Origin: Negaprion brevirostris
Lineage: Eukaryota
DNA length: 64,000 bases
Direction: 5' to 3'
Assembly (NCBI GenBank): GCA_030324005.1
Contig: JARDVH010000193.1
Location: 104,261,805-104,325,804 of the forward strand
The notes beneath the pieces are model-generated. The model was not told the DNA's origin. It saw only the letters and a program-made list of their open reading frames with translations, and did no database searches. Position 1 is the first letter of the stretch. The number at the start of each line of letters is the position of its first letter. The position numbers and the translations under genes were made by a program. Positions 26,287 through 37,545 of this stretch are shown in pieces.

Positions 26287-26495
26287 AGTCAGTTTTATAT
26301 ATAGCAACCACTGCTGTGCTTACTTCCAATGGGCAAATTGATATGCTTATAAATGTTTTGGTAATTGCTGGATCGAAAATAAAAACAATTCTTTCAGCAA
26401 GACATGGGAAGGAACATTGCCATATCGGTGTACTGGCAATTGTTTTGGTCTTCCCCTAATACTTACACTTTTTTCTGTCTGATTCCAGAATAGTT

Positions 26496-27582
26496 GGGGG
26501 GGTGATTCTCCAAAAGTGTTGAAATGGTGAGAAAATTGGTCTTGATCATGACTGTTTTTTCAGACGTGAATCTCCCACACTCTGTGCAATGCAGAAATCA
26601 CAATTGTGAATATCATCAAAAATCTGGGAGTCGGGGGTGGGCCTGTTCAGGCTGACAGCTATGGAGCTCTGAGCATGTGCAGTGGTCCTGATCTGTCAGT
26701 CTCCCATTTGCTAGCCAGCTCAATCGCTGGCCAGCCTGGGACCTTTNNNNNNNNNNNNNNNNNNNNNNNNNNNNNNNNNNNNNNNNNNNNNNNNNNNNNN
26801 NNNNNNNNNNNNNNNNNNNNNNNNNNNNNNNNNNNNNNNNNNNNNNNNNNNNNNNNNNNNNNNNNNNNNNNNNNNNNNNNNNNNNNNNNNNNNNNNNNNN
26901 NNNNNNNNNNNNNNNNNNNNNNNNNNNNNNNNNNNNNNNNNNNNNNNNNNNNNNNNNNNNNNNNNNNNNNNNNNNNNNNNNNNNNNNNNNNNNNNNNNNN
27001 NNNTGCTGTCTGCAGAGTGGCAGCGGGACACCCCCCCCACCACCTCCCCCAACTGATCACTCCCTAGGTCCTGACCACAATAAGCCCCAGCCCCTTTGCA
27101 CTGCCCAATGCCTGGTGGGCAGTGCCAAGGTCCCCTGGGCATGGGCACTTTGCCCATTGGGCAGTGCCAAATGATACAGACTGGCACTGTCAGCACTACA
27201 CCCCCAACTGTCTGACTCCTTGGGGGGTCCCAGTTGTTCCCCTTCACTCTGTCAGGGTTTCCCGCTAGTTCCCTGAATGTGGGAAGTTACTCTAAACTCT
27301 CTGGAATGAACTACTCCTGGCAGAGTGGAAGATGCTATTGGGCCCGGCAAGTTCCGGCCTGATAATGACACTTAAACTACATTTAAAATACATTTTGAAA
27401 AGATTTAAATCACTTACCTCTCTTCCGCCAGTTTCCGGGGTCTGATTGTGACTGTTCCTCTGGCTGTGGGAGATGTGCATGCATCAGGAACGCATGCACG
27501 GATCCTGTGAAATGGCCAACATGCGATTCCCCCATCCTGATGCACCAAAAAGCATGCACATCAGGACGGGAGAATCTCCCTC
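26496..27582. mobile_element. Full-length Harbinger-type MITE (same family as 23181)
   Basis: TIRs gggggggtgattctcc ... gggagaatctccctc; 3-bp TSD gtt on both sides (26493-26495, 27583-27585). Confidence 0.82.
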
Positions 27583-28888
27583 GTTAATCCTAGAACTTAC
27601 AAACATTAAAAAGCTGTGGGGCATCAATTATCTCAATGTTTCCCTCTCATGTTTTGCCCAGTTGTTGTACCCTTCTTCCATTATANNNNNNNNNNNNNNN
27701 NNNNNNNNNNNNNNNNNNNNNNNNNNNCCAGGTGTGATCTTGGGCTGGAGAGACAAATTCACTGCTGGATTATTGTTATCTCACAGAATCAAATTTGTAG
27801 CATTCAGAGTGCAGCAACTTTCTGGGTTCTGAGTGTAGGAGTCTTCAACAAAGGAGCTGTTCAGATAAGGCGAAGAGGTTTAAAAAGTATAGAAATCGCT
27901 CCATGACACTCATTGCTTGTGCATTTAGCAAACCAATCTCAGATGAGCTATGGTTATCACAATTCAATTCAAAGGAACTGGAAGGAAAAAATAAACTAAT
28001 CCAGATAAACCACTTGTAAACTTCAGAGATTTGATGCTGAAAGCTTCCAGGAAAGTTGGCACAGCAATAGAGTAGAGTCAAATAGATATGGAAAAGTCAG
28101 GATGACATAGACTTCCTAATGCACGTGCAGAAGAAAGATCATCAAAGGCTTGAAATTGTATCCAGTATTAGTACATGAGGGTAGAAGGTTAAGAAATGTT
28201 TTCACGAGTTGGAAAAATAACAACAAAGCAGAAACTGCCTTTTTTATGATTTACGATGACAGGCTGGGAATTGTCCAACCCCATCATGATCCATGTTTTC
28301 TGGCTACTCCAAGTACCCCATCAACTATTCTTGCATCGTCCCTCAATGGTGCAGCCAAAGAGGATAGCTGAGGATGGAGTCAAGTATCGATTCACCTGTA
28401 AGATCCTTAATTTTGCATCATAGGCCACCTCCACATTAGGTTAATGGAAACCTTTGCGGTTTCGCCTGGCGATTGATGGCTGTGCCCTTTTTCCCTGTGT
28501 GCAACCCTCAAGGTGCTAAACATATTAGCAATAATTGCTATCTCTTCAGTTGTTGCTCCATATCATTGTATGAATGGATGGATCCTGCAACATCTTGAAT
28601 GCAGGTGAACAACATACTTTGGTTAATATCTGCTAAATCACAGCCAGGTGAATCAATGAGGGAGAAAGGTCAAATACCTACTCAATTCGAGGAAGGATAT
28701 CTCTGCTCATAAAAGAGTCCCCCCTCCCCTCACCACCCCTCCCACCCCATCCCCCCACCAAGCAAACAGCTGTGACTTTACAACACTCAGCGAACAATTT
28801 TTCAGAGCACCAACTCTTTGCCTAAACTAGGGTGGCGCAAAGGATCAGTGACATTAAACTGAGGCTTTACCTGATGGAATTTTTCAAA

Positions 28889-28931
28889 GCTATTTCAGCC
28901 TTTTGGCTAAGATTAAGCATTAGATCAAGTG
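28889..28931 (+). pseudogene. U2 snRNA 5'-end-derived sequence
   Basis: gctatttcagccttttggctaagattaagcattag aligns to the U2 5' end GCTTCTCGGCCTTTTGGCTAAGATCAAGTGTAG; 16-nt exact match at 28898-28913; a second agatcaagtg at 28922-28931. Confidence 0.75.
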
Positions 28932-29599
28932 AGGGAAGGGGTGCAATGCCTCATCCTGTCAGCTTGGATCTTGTTTGATCGAGGCCAAGACGAGATGTAA
29001 TGTCTTGTCTTGTCTTGTCAGCTTGGATCTGGTTTGTCTCTCATGTGGGAATCATGATCGCACTTAATTTGAATTGGCTTTTTTGATTAGAATTAAAGTA
29101 CTGAAAGATATCAAAAAAAACTCTGGTGGACAATGTTCTGTTCCTCCCAAGTATGAGATTCTAAGCCTGTTGACCTTTCTGCAGTGTTGTTCATGAATTG
29201 GTTAAAAATTTGTTCTAATTCTCGTGAAATCAGTAGGAAAGGAAAAAAACTCTCTCTTTTTTATTATTCTCAATCATACTTAAAATAACCATCCAAAATC
29301 AAAAGAAATAACCAAACTGCTCTGTGCTCCCTTTGGTAGCATCTCCTAAGATTCCTGCCCTGAGATTTTCAAACCGCTAGCTGTTAGGAACACAGGAACT
29401 GTAACAGACCAATTCTCAAGTCTGCTCTGCCATTCTGTTAGATCATGGCTGTATCAGATCTTAACCCAATCACCTGCCTTGGTTGCATAGCCTTCTGTTC
29501 AAACTCAGGCCTCATCTGAAAGGACATTGTAAGCCAGCTGGAAACAGAAGTTGTTGTTTTGTTATGCTTGATATGGGGAATGGGGAAAATGGGGAACAT

Positions 29600-29883
29600 A
29601 GGGCACGGTGGCACAGTGGTTAGCACTGCTGCCTCACAGCATCAGGGATCTGGATTCAATTCCTGGCTTGGGTCACTATCTGCATGAAGTTTGCATGTTC
29701 TCCCAGTGTCTGCATGGGTTTCCTCCAACAGTCTGAAAGATGTGCTGGCTTGATGAATTGACCATGCTGAGTTCCTTCTCAGTGTATCCAAACAGGCATC
29801 AGAATGTGGTGACTAGGGGATTTTCAAAGTATCTTTGTTGTAGTATTAATGTAAGCCTACTTGTGACTAATAAATAACCTTTT
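29600..29883 (+). mobile_element. V-SINE, tail type B
   Basis: gggcacggtggcacagtggttagcactgctgcctcacagc (A-box), ggattcaattcc (B-box), tail gtaagcctacttgtgactaataaataa. Confidence 0.88.
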
Positions 29884-29894
29884 ATGTTGGTAGA

Positions 29895-30110
29895 TTGGTT
29901 GTATTACTGGCTTGCAATCCAGAGGCATGAGTTCAAATCTCACAGCAGCAGTCGGGCAATTTACATACAGCCCATTAATTAATCTGGAATAAAGCATGCG
30001 TCTCATTGATGGAGGCCATGAAACTACTAGATTGCTATTAAATTCCACCTAGTTCAATAGTGTTTTTTGTGGGATAAAATCAACTGTCTTGACCCAGTCT
30101 GGCTGATCTG
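29895..30110 (+). mobile_element. tRNA-derived SINE fragment, family of the 60968 copy
   Basis: gagttcaaatctcacagcagcag...aatctggaataaag...ccatgaaacta...acctagttca. Confidence 0.55.
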
Positions 30111-30384
30111 GCTGGAATGTCTTACTGTCGTAGACAGTGAAATGTGTATTCCATTTCAATTTTCTCCACAAGCTAGCCTAAAAGGCAGTTTCTCCCAAAA
30201 CTCACAACAATGCAATTGATCCTTAAGTGCCTCAAGATTGGTTTCAGCAGAAATTTATTTTATTTTTGAAAGATAAATGTGTTACTACAGCCCAACAGTT
30301 GCAAACAAGTGACAAACTCCATTTGATGATTACAGTGATTAGCTGTAATATAGACCAAATACAGCTTGTAGTACCAATAGTGGA

Positions 30385-30716
30385 GTGGCCTGGTAGCACA
30401 GTGGTTAGCACTGCTGCTTCACAGCTCCAGGGACCTGGGTTCGGTTCCTGGCTTGGGTCACTGTCTGAGTGGAATTTGCACATTCTCCTTGTGTCTGCCT
30501 GGGTTTCCTCTGGGTGTTCCAGTTTCCTCCCACAGTCCAAAGATATGCTGGTTAGGCTGATTGACCATGTTAAATTGCCCATTAGTATCCAGGGATGCAT
30601 AGGGTTAGAGGAATTAATGGGTAAAATATATGGGCGCAGTGCCTTGGTGGGATTGTGGTCAGTGCAGGCTCGATGGACCAAATGGCCTCTTTCTGCGCTG
30701 TAGGGATCCTATGATA
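30385..30716 (+). mobile_element. V-SINE (HE1-like), tail type A
   Basis: Head ggtagcacagtggttagcactgctgc, V-domain gtgtctgcctgggtttcctctgggtgttccagtttcctcccacagtccaaagat, CR1-like tail. Confidence 0.88.
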
Positions 30717-31360
30717 CTGTTTTCAGTGACATACCTTGGTGCACATCAATGCACCACAGCACAGATCTCCCAGTTAAGATTTAAAAATGTACACAATGGC
30801 AACATTGCTTTACGAGCAATCTTTTTTTGTCTTCCTCAGCAGAAGTTTAAAACAGTTAGCCATTTTGCTGTCATCTGTTTTGCCCTAGCACCCAATCACC
30901 CCCAGTAAGAATCAATGATGTCCCTGGAAATCCATTTCTGACACTCTGAAAGAGTGTGTGCTAAAAACTAGCAATCTTCATCCATGGGTGACTGATTTGA
31001 CATGTGTTGCAGTGCTGTTCTGGATGTCATTAGAACGTCAGAAATATTATCATGGAAAATAGCTCTCCTCAGGAGGCCACACCAAAGGAGAAAGATGGAA
31101 TGTTTCTACCATTTAAAAAGAATTGAAATGAAGTGAAACAATATTATCATATAAATCTTTAATGTGGTCACCAGAATTTCACTTTGCCTTATTTTACTGG
31201 TGGCATTAAAACTTATTAATAATTCTGTTAAAATAGATGAGAGACCAATTTTATATTGCTACTCCCAAGTGGGTAATTTTGACTTTGGACAATGTTTTAA
31301 AAATGTACACATTGGCAACATTGGTTTACGATCAATTTTTTTTTGTCTTCTTCAGAGTTT

Positions 31361-31630
31361 GGGCTGCACAGTAATGCAGTGGTTAGCACTGCTGCCTCAC
31401 AGTTCGATTCCCAGCCTGGGTCGCTGTCTGTGTGGAGTTTGCACGTTCTCCCCGTGTTTGCGTGTGTTTTGTCCGGATGCTCCGGTTTACTCCCACAGTT
31501 TGAAAGACATGCTGGTTTGGTGCATTGACCCGAACGGCGTCAGAGTGTGGTGACTAAGGGAATTTCACAGTAACTTCATTGCATCGTTAATGTAAACCTT
31601 AGTTGTGACTAATAGATAAACTTTACTTTG
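31361..31630 (+). mobile_element. V-SINE, tail type B
   Basis: Same head and V-domain; tail gtggtgactaagggaatttcacagtaacttcattgc. Confidence 0.85.
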
Positions 31631-31759
31631 ATGTAAAGTGGGTAATAGTGTTGGATCAGCTGCCTATTATACATACCCCTATTTCCATTCACTTTGATGA
31701 AAATAAAATTCAGGAGAGATATGTAACTGTAGCTAATCTGATATTGTCACATAAATTAT

Positions 31760-33830
31760 TAGGCCATTCCTTCTTATTCTACCATTCAATAAGGTCATAG
31801 TTGATCTGATTGTAACTTTGACCCCACATTCCTGCCTGTCCCCTTAACCTTTTACTTCCTTGTTAATGTATCAAGCTCTGCCTTAAAAATAGTCAAAGAC
31901 TGTGTCCACTGCCTTTGAGGAGGAGAGTTCAAGAGTCTCATGACCCTCTGAGAGAAGAGAGAATACATTTCCCCTCATCCATCTTAAACGAATGGTCTGA
32001 TGAGGGATTTGGGTGTCCGAGCATGAATCGCAAGAGATTACTATACAGATACAGTAATTAATTGGGAAAGTTAATAGAATATTATTGCTTATTGTGAAAG
32101 AATTGATAGCACAACTAGAAACTTTATTCTTCAGTTGTATAGGGCATTGGTAAAAGATATGCAGAGTATTGCTAATATGTTACCCCGTTCACCAGGAGCT
32201 TTAATTTTACTTAATAACTTTTGATGTGGTACCTAATCAAATGCCTTCTGGAGATCTAAGAAAATACATCCAACAGCTATATCAGCATTATATGTGTTTC
32301 CTTCAAACAACTCCAATAAATTGGTTAAACATGATTTCCGTTTCACAAACCCATACTGAATCTGCCTGATTGCCTTGAAATTTTCCAAGTGACAACTGCT
32401 ATGATATCTTTAATAATGGCTTCTAATATGTTCACTGACTAAAGTTAGGCTAACTGGAGTTACATTTGCTATTTTCCCATCTAACGGAACCTTCCCCGAA
32501 ACTAGGGGACTTTGAAAAATTAAAACCTAGCATCAACTGCATCATTAGATACTTCTTTCAAATGGTGAAGTCACCCAGACTAGAGGATTGTTCACTCTGC
32601 AGACTGAACAATTTGCTCAATACTGCTTCCCTCTGTTTGCAATTTTGCTGAGTTCTTCCCTCCCTTCCATTTCCTGATTTACAGCTGTACCTGGAATGTT
32701 ATTTATGTCCTCTATGGTGAAGACGGATGCAATGAACTTTTAAGTTCATTCGGCATAGTCCTACTTTCCATGACCAATTCCAAACATGCTTTTTATAGGA
32801 CCAATGCTCACTTTGTTAACTTTTTTTTCTGATTTAAGTATCTACAGAAATACTTATTGTCCACCTTTATATTACCAGCTAGCTTTTGCTCATACTCTAT
32901 GTATTCCTTCCTTATCAATTTTTCGTAATTTTTTGATGTTCTTTATATTCTTTCCAAACTTCTGCCACTTGTCTTTGTGCAAATATATACTTTTTTCTTT
33001 AAGTTTAATACTATTCTAAACCTTTTTAGTTAACTACAGGTGACTCTTTTTCTTGGAAATTTTATTTTTCATTTGTATGTGTCTATTTTGTGTATTCTGA
33101 AATATCCCTTTAAATGTCTGCCACTGAATATTTATTGATCTATCTTTTCAGCATATCTCCAATAACTCTACTTTCATGCCTCCATAGTCACCCTGATTTA
33201 AGGTTAAAGTACTAGTCTTGAAAGCATCCTTCTCTCTCTCAAACTGAATGTAAGATCGATCATGTTATGACCACTGTTACCCAGGGTGCATTCACTATGA
33301 GATTATCAATTAATCCTACCTTATTGCACAATACCAGAACTAGTATAGCCTACCCTCTGGTTGGCTCCAGAATGTGCTGTTCCAAGAAACAATTGCAACA
33401 ACATCCTCTGAACTCCTCATCTATTCTACCTTTGCCCATTTAATTTTTGCAATCTACATGTAGATTACAATCTACTATGATTATTGCAATTCTTTTCAGA
33501 CAAGTTCCCATTATCTTTTATTTTATACCCTGGTCTATCATGTGGTTATAATTATGGGGCCTATACACTACTCTCACAAGTGATTTCTTGCCTTTATCAT
33601 TTCTCATCTTAACTCAAACTGTTTCTATATTCTGGTTTCCTGAACTGAGATCATCCATTTCTGAGGTCTTAATTCCATCATCAATTAACAGAGCCACCAC
33701 TCCACCAGTTGACAGCTTTGTAAATGTTACAAACCTCTCAATATTCAGGTCCCAATCTATGCCTTCCTGTAACCATATCTCTGTAATGGCTATCACATCA
33801 TATTTATTATGTTCAGTTTATAACATTGCT
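31760..33830 (-). mobile_element. Old, heavily deleted CR1 LINE (APE endonuclease to 3' end)
   Basis: IAITEIWLQEGIDWDLNIE...GGVVALLI (APE N-terminus, ORF 33614-33796); RT-region remnants at 32180-32460; 3' end at 31760-31990. Confidence 0.78.
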
Positions 33831-34554
33831 TAAAGTCCATATTATTAACTATCTGCATGTCTAATAACAGTACTCAGTTCTTTCCAGTGTTTCAGGCCAT
33901 TGTATTTGTTAATAGAAAATGGTTTAATTACAGCTGTAGGCTGTTAATTCCTCCTGTTAGCTTTCCTTGTGCTGAAGCACAAATCCAAGGCCTGACAACC
34001 ATGCTATATATTTCTTACAGGAACATTTACTGACTAACCACTCAGCATAAATTGTGAACTTATCTATTTTCACAGTACAAGCTAAAACTCTGATTGAAAA
34101 GCAATAGAAAGCTTCCCATGTGGTGTACCAGGGGAACTATGTATAGGTAGTTTGATTGAAAAGATTGACCTGATACTCTCATTAGTCAAACTACTTCCTA
34201 TACTCAATTCCCTGGTTTGGTACGTAATGGTAGTCCTTATTTCTTAGAGATAAAGACGTAGAATTCCTTAGATCCTGAAAATAGACATAGGGATTTCCAT
34301 GTAGGATTAACCCATGTCTGCTGAGCCTGGTGCAGGCACCACACCAACTTTGTGCTGCCTGTTAATTTACATGATGACAGTATGTAGCCAGCATGATATT
34401 GGGTGACTCCATGCCTGAGCCAGGGGCCTGAAATCATGAAAGGATAGCAACCAGATAAAACTATTCTGCACCTTTTAAACAGCAGCAGTATTGTGGCTGG
34501 AACAGGTGCTAGAGGTCTTTCCACAACTGATACTTACCTGGGAAGCACTCAATA

Positions 34555-34785
34555 ATGGCACAACACCGTAGAGAGCAAGTCCTAAAACGTTTCCATGTTG
34601 TAATGGAGTGTCTTGCTCAAGGAGGCAAAGAGGAGGGATGTGCACAGTCCATAGGTGGTCCTCTAGACATACACTCAACGCAGACCGAGTAGATAGCCAT
34701 GATGATCAACGTCAGGAGTGAAACCACAAGGATTGAATGCAATCCTGCAAGAAGTTTAATACCCTCACATGAATGGTTAAGGTCA
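34555..34785 (+). pseudogene. Decayed Harbinger Myb/SANT-like DNA-binding ORF (NAIF1/MSANTD-like)
   Basis: Across frameshifts: MAQHRREQVLKRF...AKRRDV...IAMMINVRSETTR...MQSCKKFNTLT*MVKV, matching the Harbinger ORF2 pattern IA..VNA.S...RT..QC.KKFNDL. Confidence 0.62.
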
Positions 34786-34909
34786 AAAAATGCAGCTTCA
34801 GAATTATGTCCTACCAGCTGCTCCATTTTCCTCAGACATAGTTCAGCTTTCCACACAAAGGAAATTAAAAATAGGGGTGTGTGAAGTGTATACAGCTCAT
34901 CAAATGTGC

Positions 34910-35200
34910 TTCCCCATTTAATTAGTCTTCAACATCAATTCTGCTTTCCCACCTGATCCCCGTGTTACTTGATTCCCCCAGAGTCTAAAAATCTATTGAT
35001 CTCAGGCTTGAATGTACACTATAACTATTTAAAATTCTCAGCAGACTGAGTAATTTCTGAGTTTCTGAACGAAGAAATTTCTGTTCATCACAATGCAAAA
35101 TGACAATTCTGTTTATCCTGAAACAAAGGTCTTTAGCTCTAGACTCTCTAGTGAGGGGGAACAGACATCACCTTCCAATCGATCACCTGCCTTAGCAATG
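34910..35200 (-). mobile_element. Old CR1 3' fragment
   Basis: aaaaatctattgatctcaggcttgaatgtacac...gaagaaatttctgttcatc...tctagactctc. Confidence 0.55.
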
Positions 35201-35209
35201 GCTTCCTTC

Positions 35210-37545
35210 TCATGAAGTTTATCAGGAAAGAGCCAAGCAAGATTTAGAAGTTCCTTTGGCAGACAGTCACCATCTTCTTCAGTGCCTTCTACTTCCATGT
35301 CTCCTGGCCCACCTGTAAAAATGGTAGAGAAGTGCAATCTCCTCCTGTGGTTCAGTGGATGGCACTTCTACGATAAAGAGTGACTCAATTCCAGCTGCTG
35401 AATTAAAATCTCTTGGTTCTTCTCCCAACTTTGAAAATGCTTCCTTGAAATGTTATTTTGTTGTTCCTTACGGAGACCTCCTTGAACTTCTGTAAAAGGA
35501 AAGGATTTTTAAACATGCTGACCTGCTGAGCAGAGAAATTGGTTGATTCTACAAAATATAAAAGGTTTTGTTCATTTATTTTTCTTCATGCCAAATTGTG
35601 ATGGTGAGTTGACACTTCACTTGGATGTTGGTGTCTTGTAGTTGGATTGTGGTTTCTTTAAGCCAATTTTGAAACCAGTTCAATCTATCCAGTAATACAT
35701 AGACATCCGTACTGAGTTTAAATTTAGTTGAGTTTATATTCTGTTCTGCAGCTTTGAACTTCTAACTGCACAGACCAGAACTGTTTATCATTTCTTCAAG
35801 GAAATCATCAGGTTGAAAAGATGCATCTCCTATCTCTTAGACCTGAAAATGGTTGGGAACATGTTATGGTTCCCTTTTCTTGAATTATGTTTTAGATCTA
35901 CAATACTATTTAAAATGATCAGTTCCAACACAAAGAAAACATCTAGCTTCCCCTACTGGACAGTCAAATAAAACTTTGATTTTTGCATCTCAGCTTGGCC
36001 TGCCAGATGATCTGTGCAGCCTTTTCTGAAGTCAGATCTTCCTTGAATTGTAACAAGCTGGACATTACATCATTGAGGACAGCGACTACAATACAATCTC
36101 TAATAAATTTGTGTTTCAGTGTTCCAGATACTTGCCAACTGATATAATTGTTAATGAAGAAGTCAATGGATTCCCCTGTCATTTGACTCCTCTGATTGAA
36201 TTTTTCTGCTTTTATAACCAAATTTGTCTTGGGATTGAAGTATTTCTCAAAGGTCTCCATTGCCTCCTTGTATGATGCCAAGGCTTTCCAGGTGTTTTGC
36301 CACATGAGGACATCATCAGCTATAGTTCCCACAACAGGTGAGACTGTACAGAACTGGTGTTTCTGAGTTTTCCTTTCTAAACCCAAAGCTATTCAGTATC
36401 TTTTGAATTGTCTATTCCAGAGCTCCCATCATTGTTCTTGCTGTGAAGCCTCAGTGTATTGGAAAGGTTTTGGAAGTGGTAGTGGCTGATCAATAGTTTT
36501 GACACAATGTGCCGATTTTACAATTGCGTAGCGCCCCTTCTTGGGTGCGAAAACTTGGTAAAGTCGGGTGCGAGGCCATTAATGTGATCTGCGCCAGTGT
36601 CCGCGCAGATGGCCAGATTCCTGAGGTCCGGGAACGGCCGCGATCCGATTTGCACCCGAAATGGGTGCAATGGCGAGTTAAATATATTTGCATGCATTTA
36701 AATTGAATTAGTTAACTGCCCGCCCAACTTTATCAGCATTTCCCCCTTTATCACCGCATTCGCTAATCTGGAATCGCGCTGAAATAGACATGCTGGATTA
36801 AAGTCTCTTGGGTGGGTGGGAGTGAGGCCAGTTCACTCTCTAGTAGGTAGGGGGGAGGGGGCGAGGGAGAGGCCAGGTAGATCTCTGGCTGGAGGGACGG
36901 GGGTATGCTGCCACTCTGCGAGTGATCAGTCGGGGGAAGGGGGCAGGGGGCATCACGATTGGTCGACGTAGCGGGGAATGGGTATATAAGGGGACAGTGA
37001 TGTCTGTGGGGGGCCATCGCTCCCACTTTTCGCTCCCGGGTCACTTTCTCCAGTTTTTGCAGCCTGGGAGCAATCTGACACTGGCACACTTTTTCAATTT
37101 TTTTTTTCTAACTGCACNNNNNNNNNNNNNNNNNNNNNNNNNNNNNNNNNNNNNNNNNNNNNNNNNNNNNNNNNNNNNNNNNNNNNNNNNNNNNNNNNNN
37201 NNNNNNNNNNNNNNNNNACTGCACATGCGCAGTTCAGAGCTCCAATCATTTTGGGTGTGCTAAGCCCCACCCACAGAGCGATTCATGATCCGCGATTGTT
37301 TTTTCAGGCTGAGTGCGTATGGGGGTGCCTGAAAACAGATTTTTAAGTCAGATCTGAATTGCGCCCAGATTCAGCACTTAGAATGAAAACAGTAAAATCA
37401 GGCCCTATGTGTCTCTCGTCCCTTCACCATGGTATTTTTTGGTTCTGACCTTCATTATTATAAAGTCATTTCATTTACTGGTTGTCACACATGCGTCACC
37501 GATCTGTGGCTACAATTCACTATACTATGACCTCTAGCACCAGGT
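35210..37545 (-). mobile_element. Internally deleted Gypsy relic (PBS, gag, protease, integrase tail) with nested MITE
   Basis: Gag ORF 35964-36386 FEKYFNPKTN...KFNQRSQMTGESIDFFI...IRDCIVV...LTSEKA; upstream PLPLPKPF...W.RQFKRY; protease-like FKLSTDV near 35700-35730; PBS-like tggtgctagaggt at 37530-37542. Confidence 0.82.
36509..37405. mobile_element. Harbinger-type MITE inserted in gag
   Basis: TIRs gtgccgattttac ... gtaaaatcaggccc; CpG-rich and apparently young; same family as 19479. Confidence 0.78.

Noticed and set aside
29600-29675. tRNA-like A- and B-boxes here and in other SINE heads
   Set aside because: No complete cloverleaf; these are SINE heads, not tRNA genes
34530-34541. atacttacctgg, identical to the U1 snRNA 5' end
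   Set aside because: The match stops at 12 nt and is simply the reverse complement of a consensus splice donor; no U1 body follows
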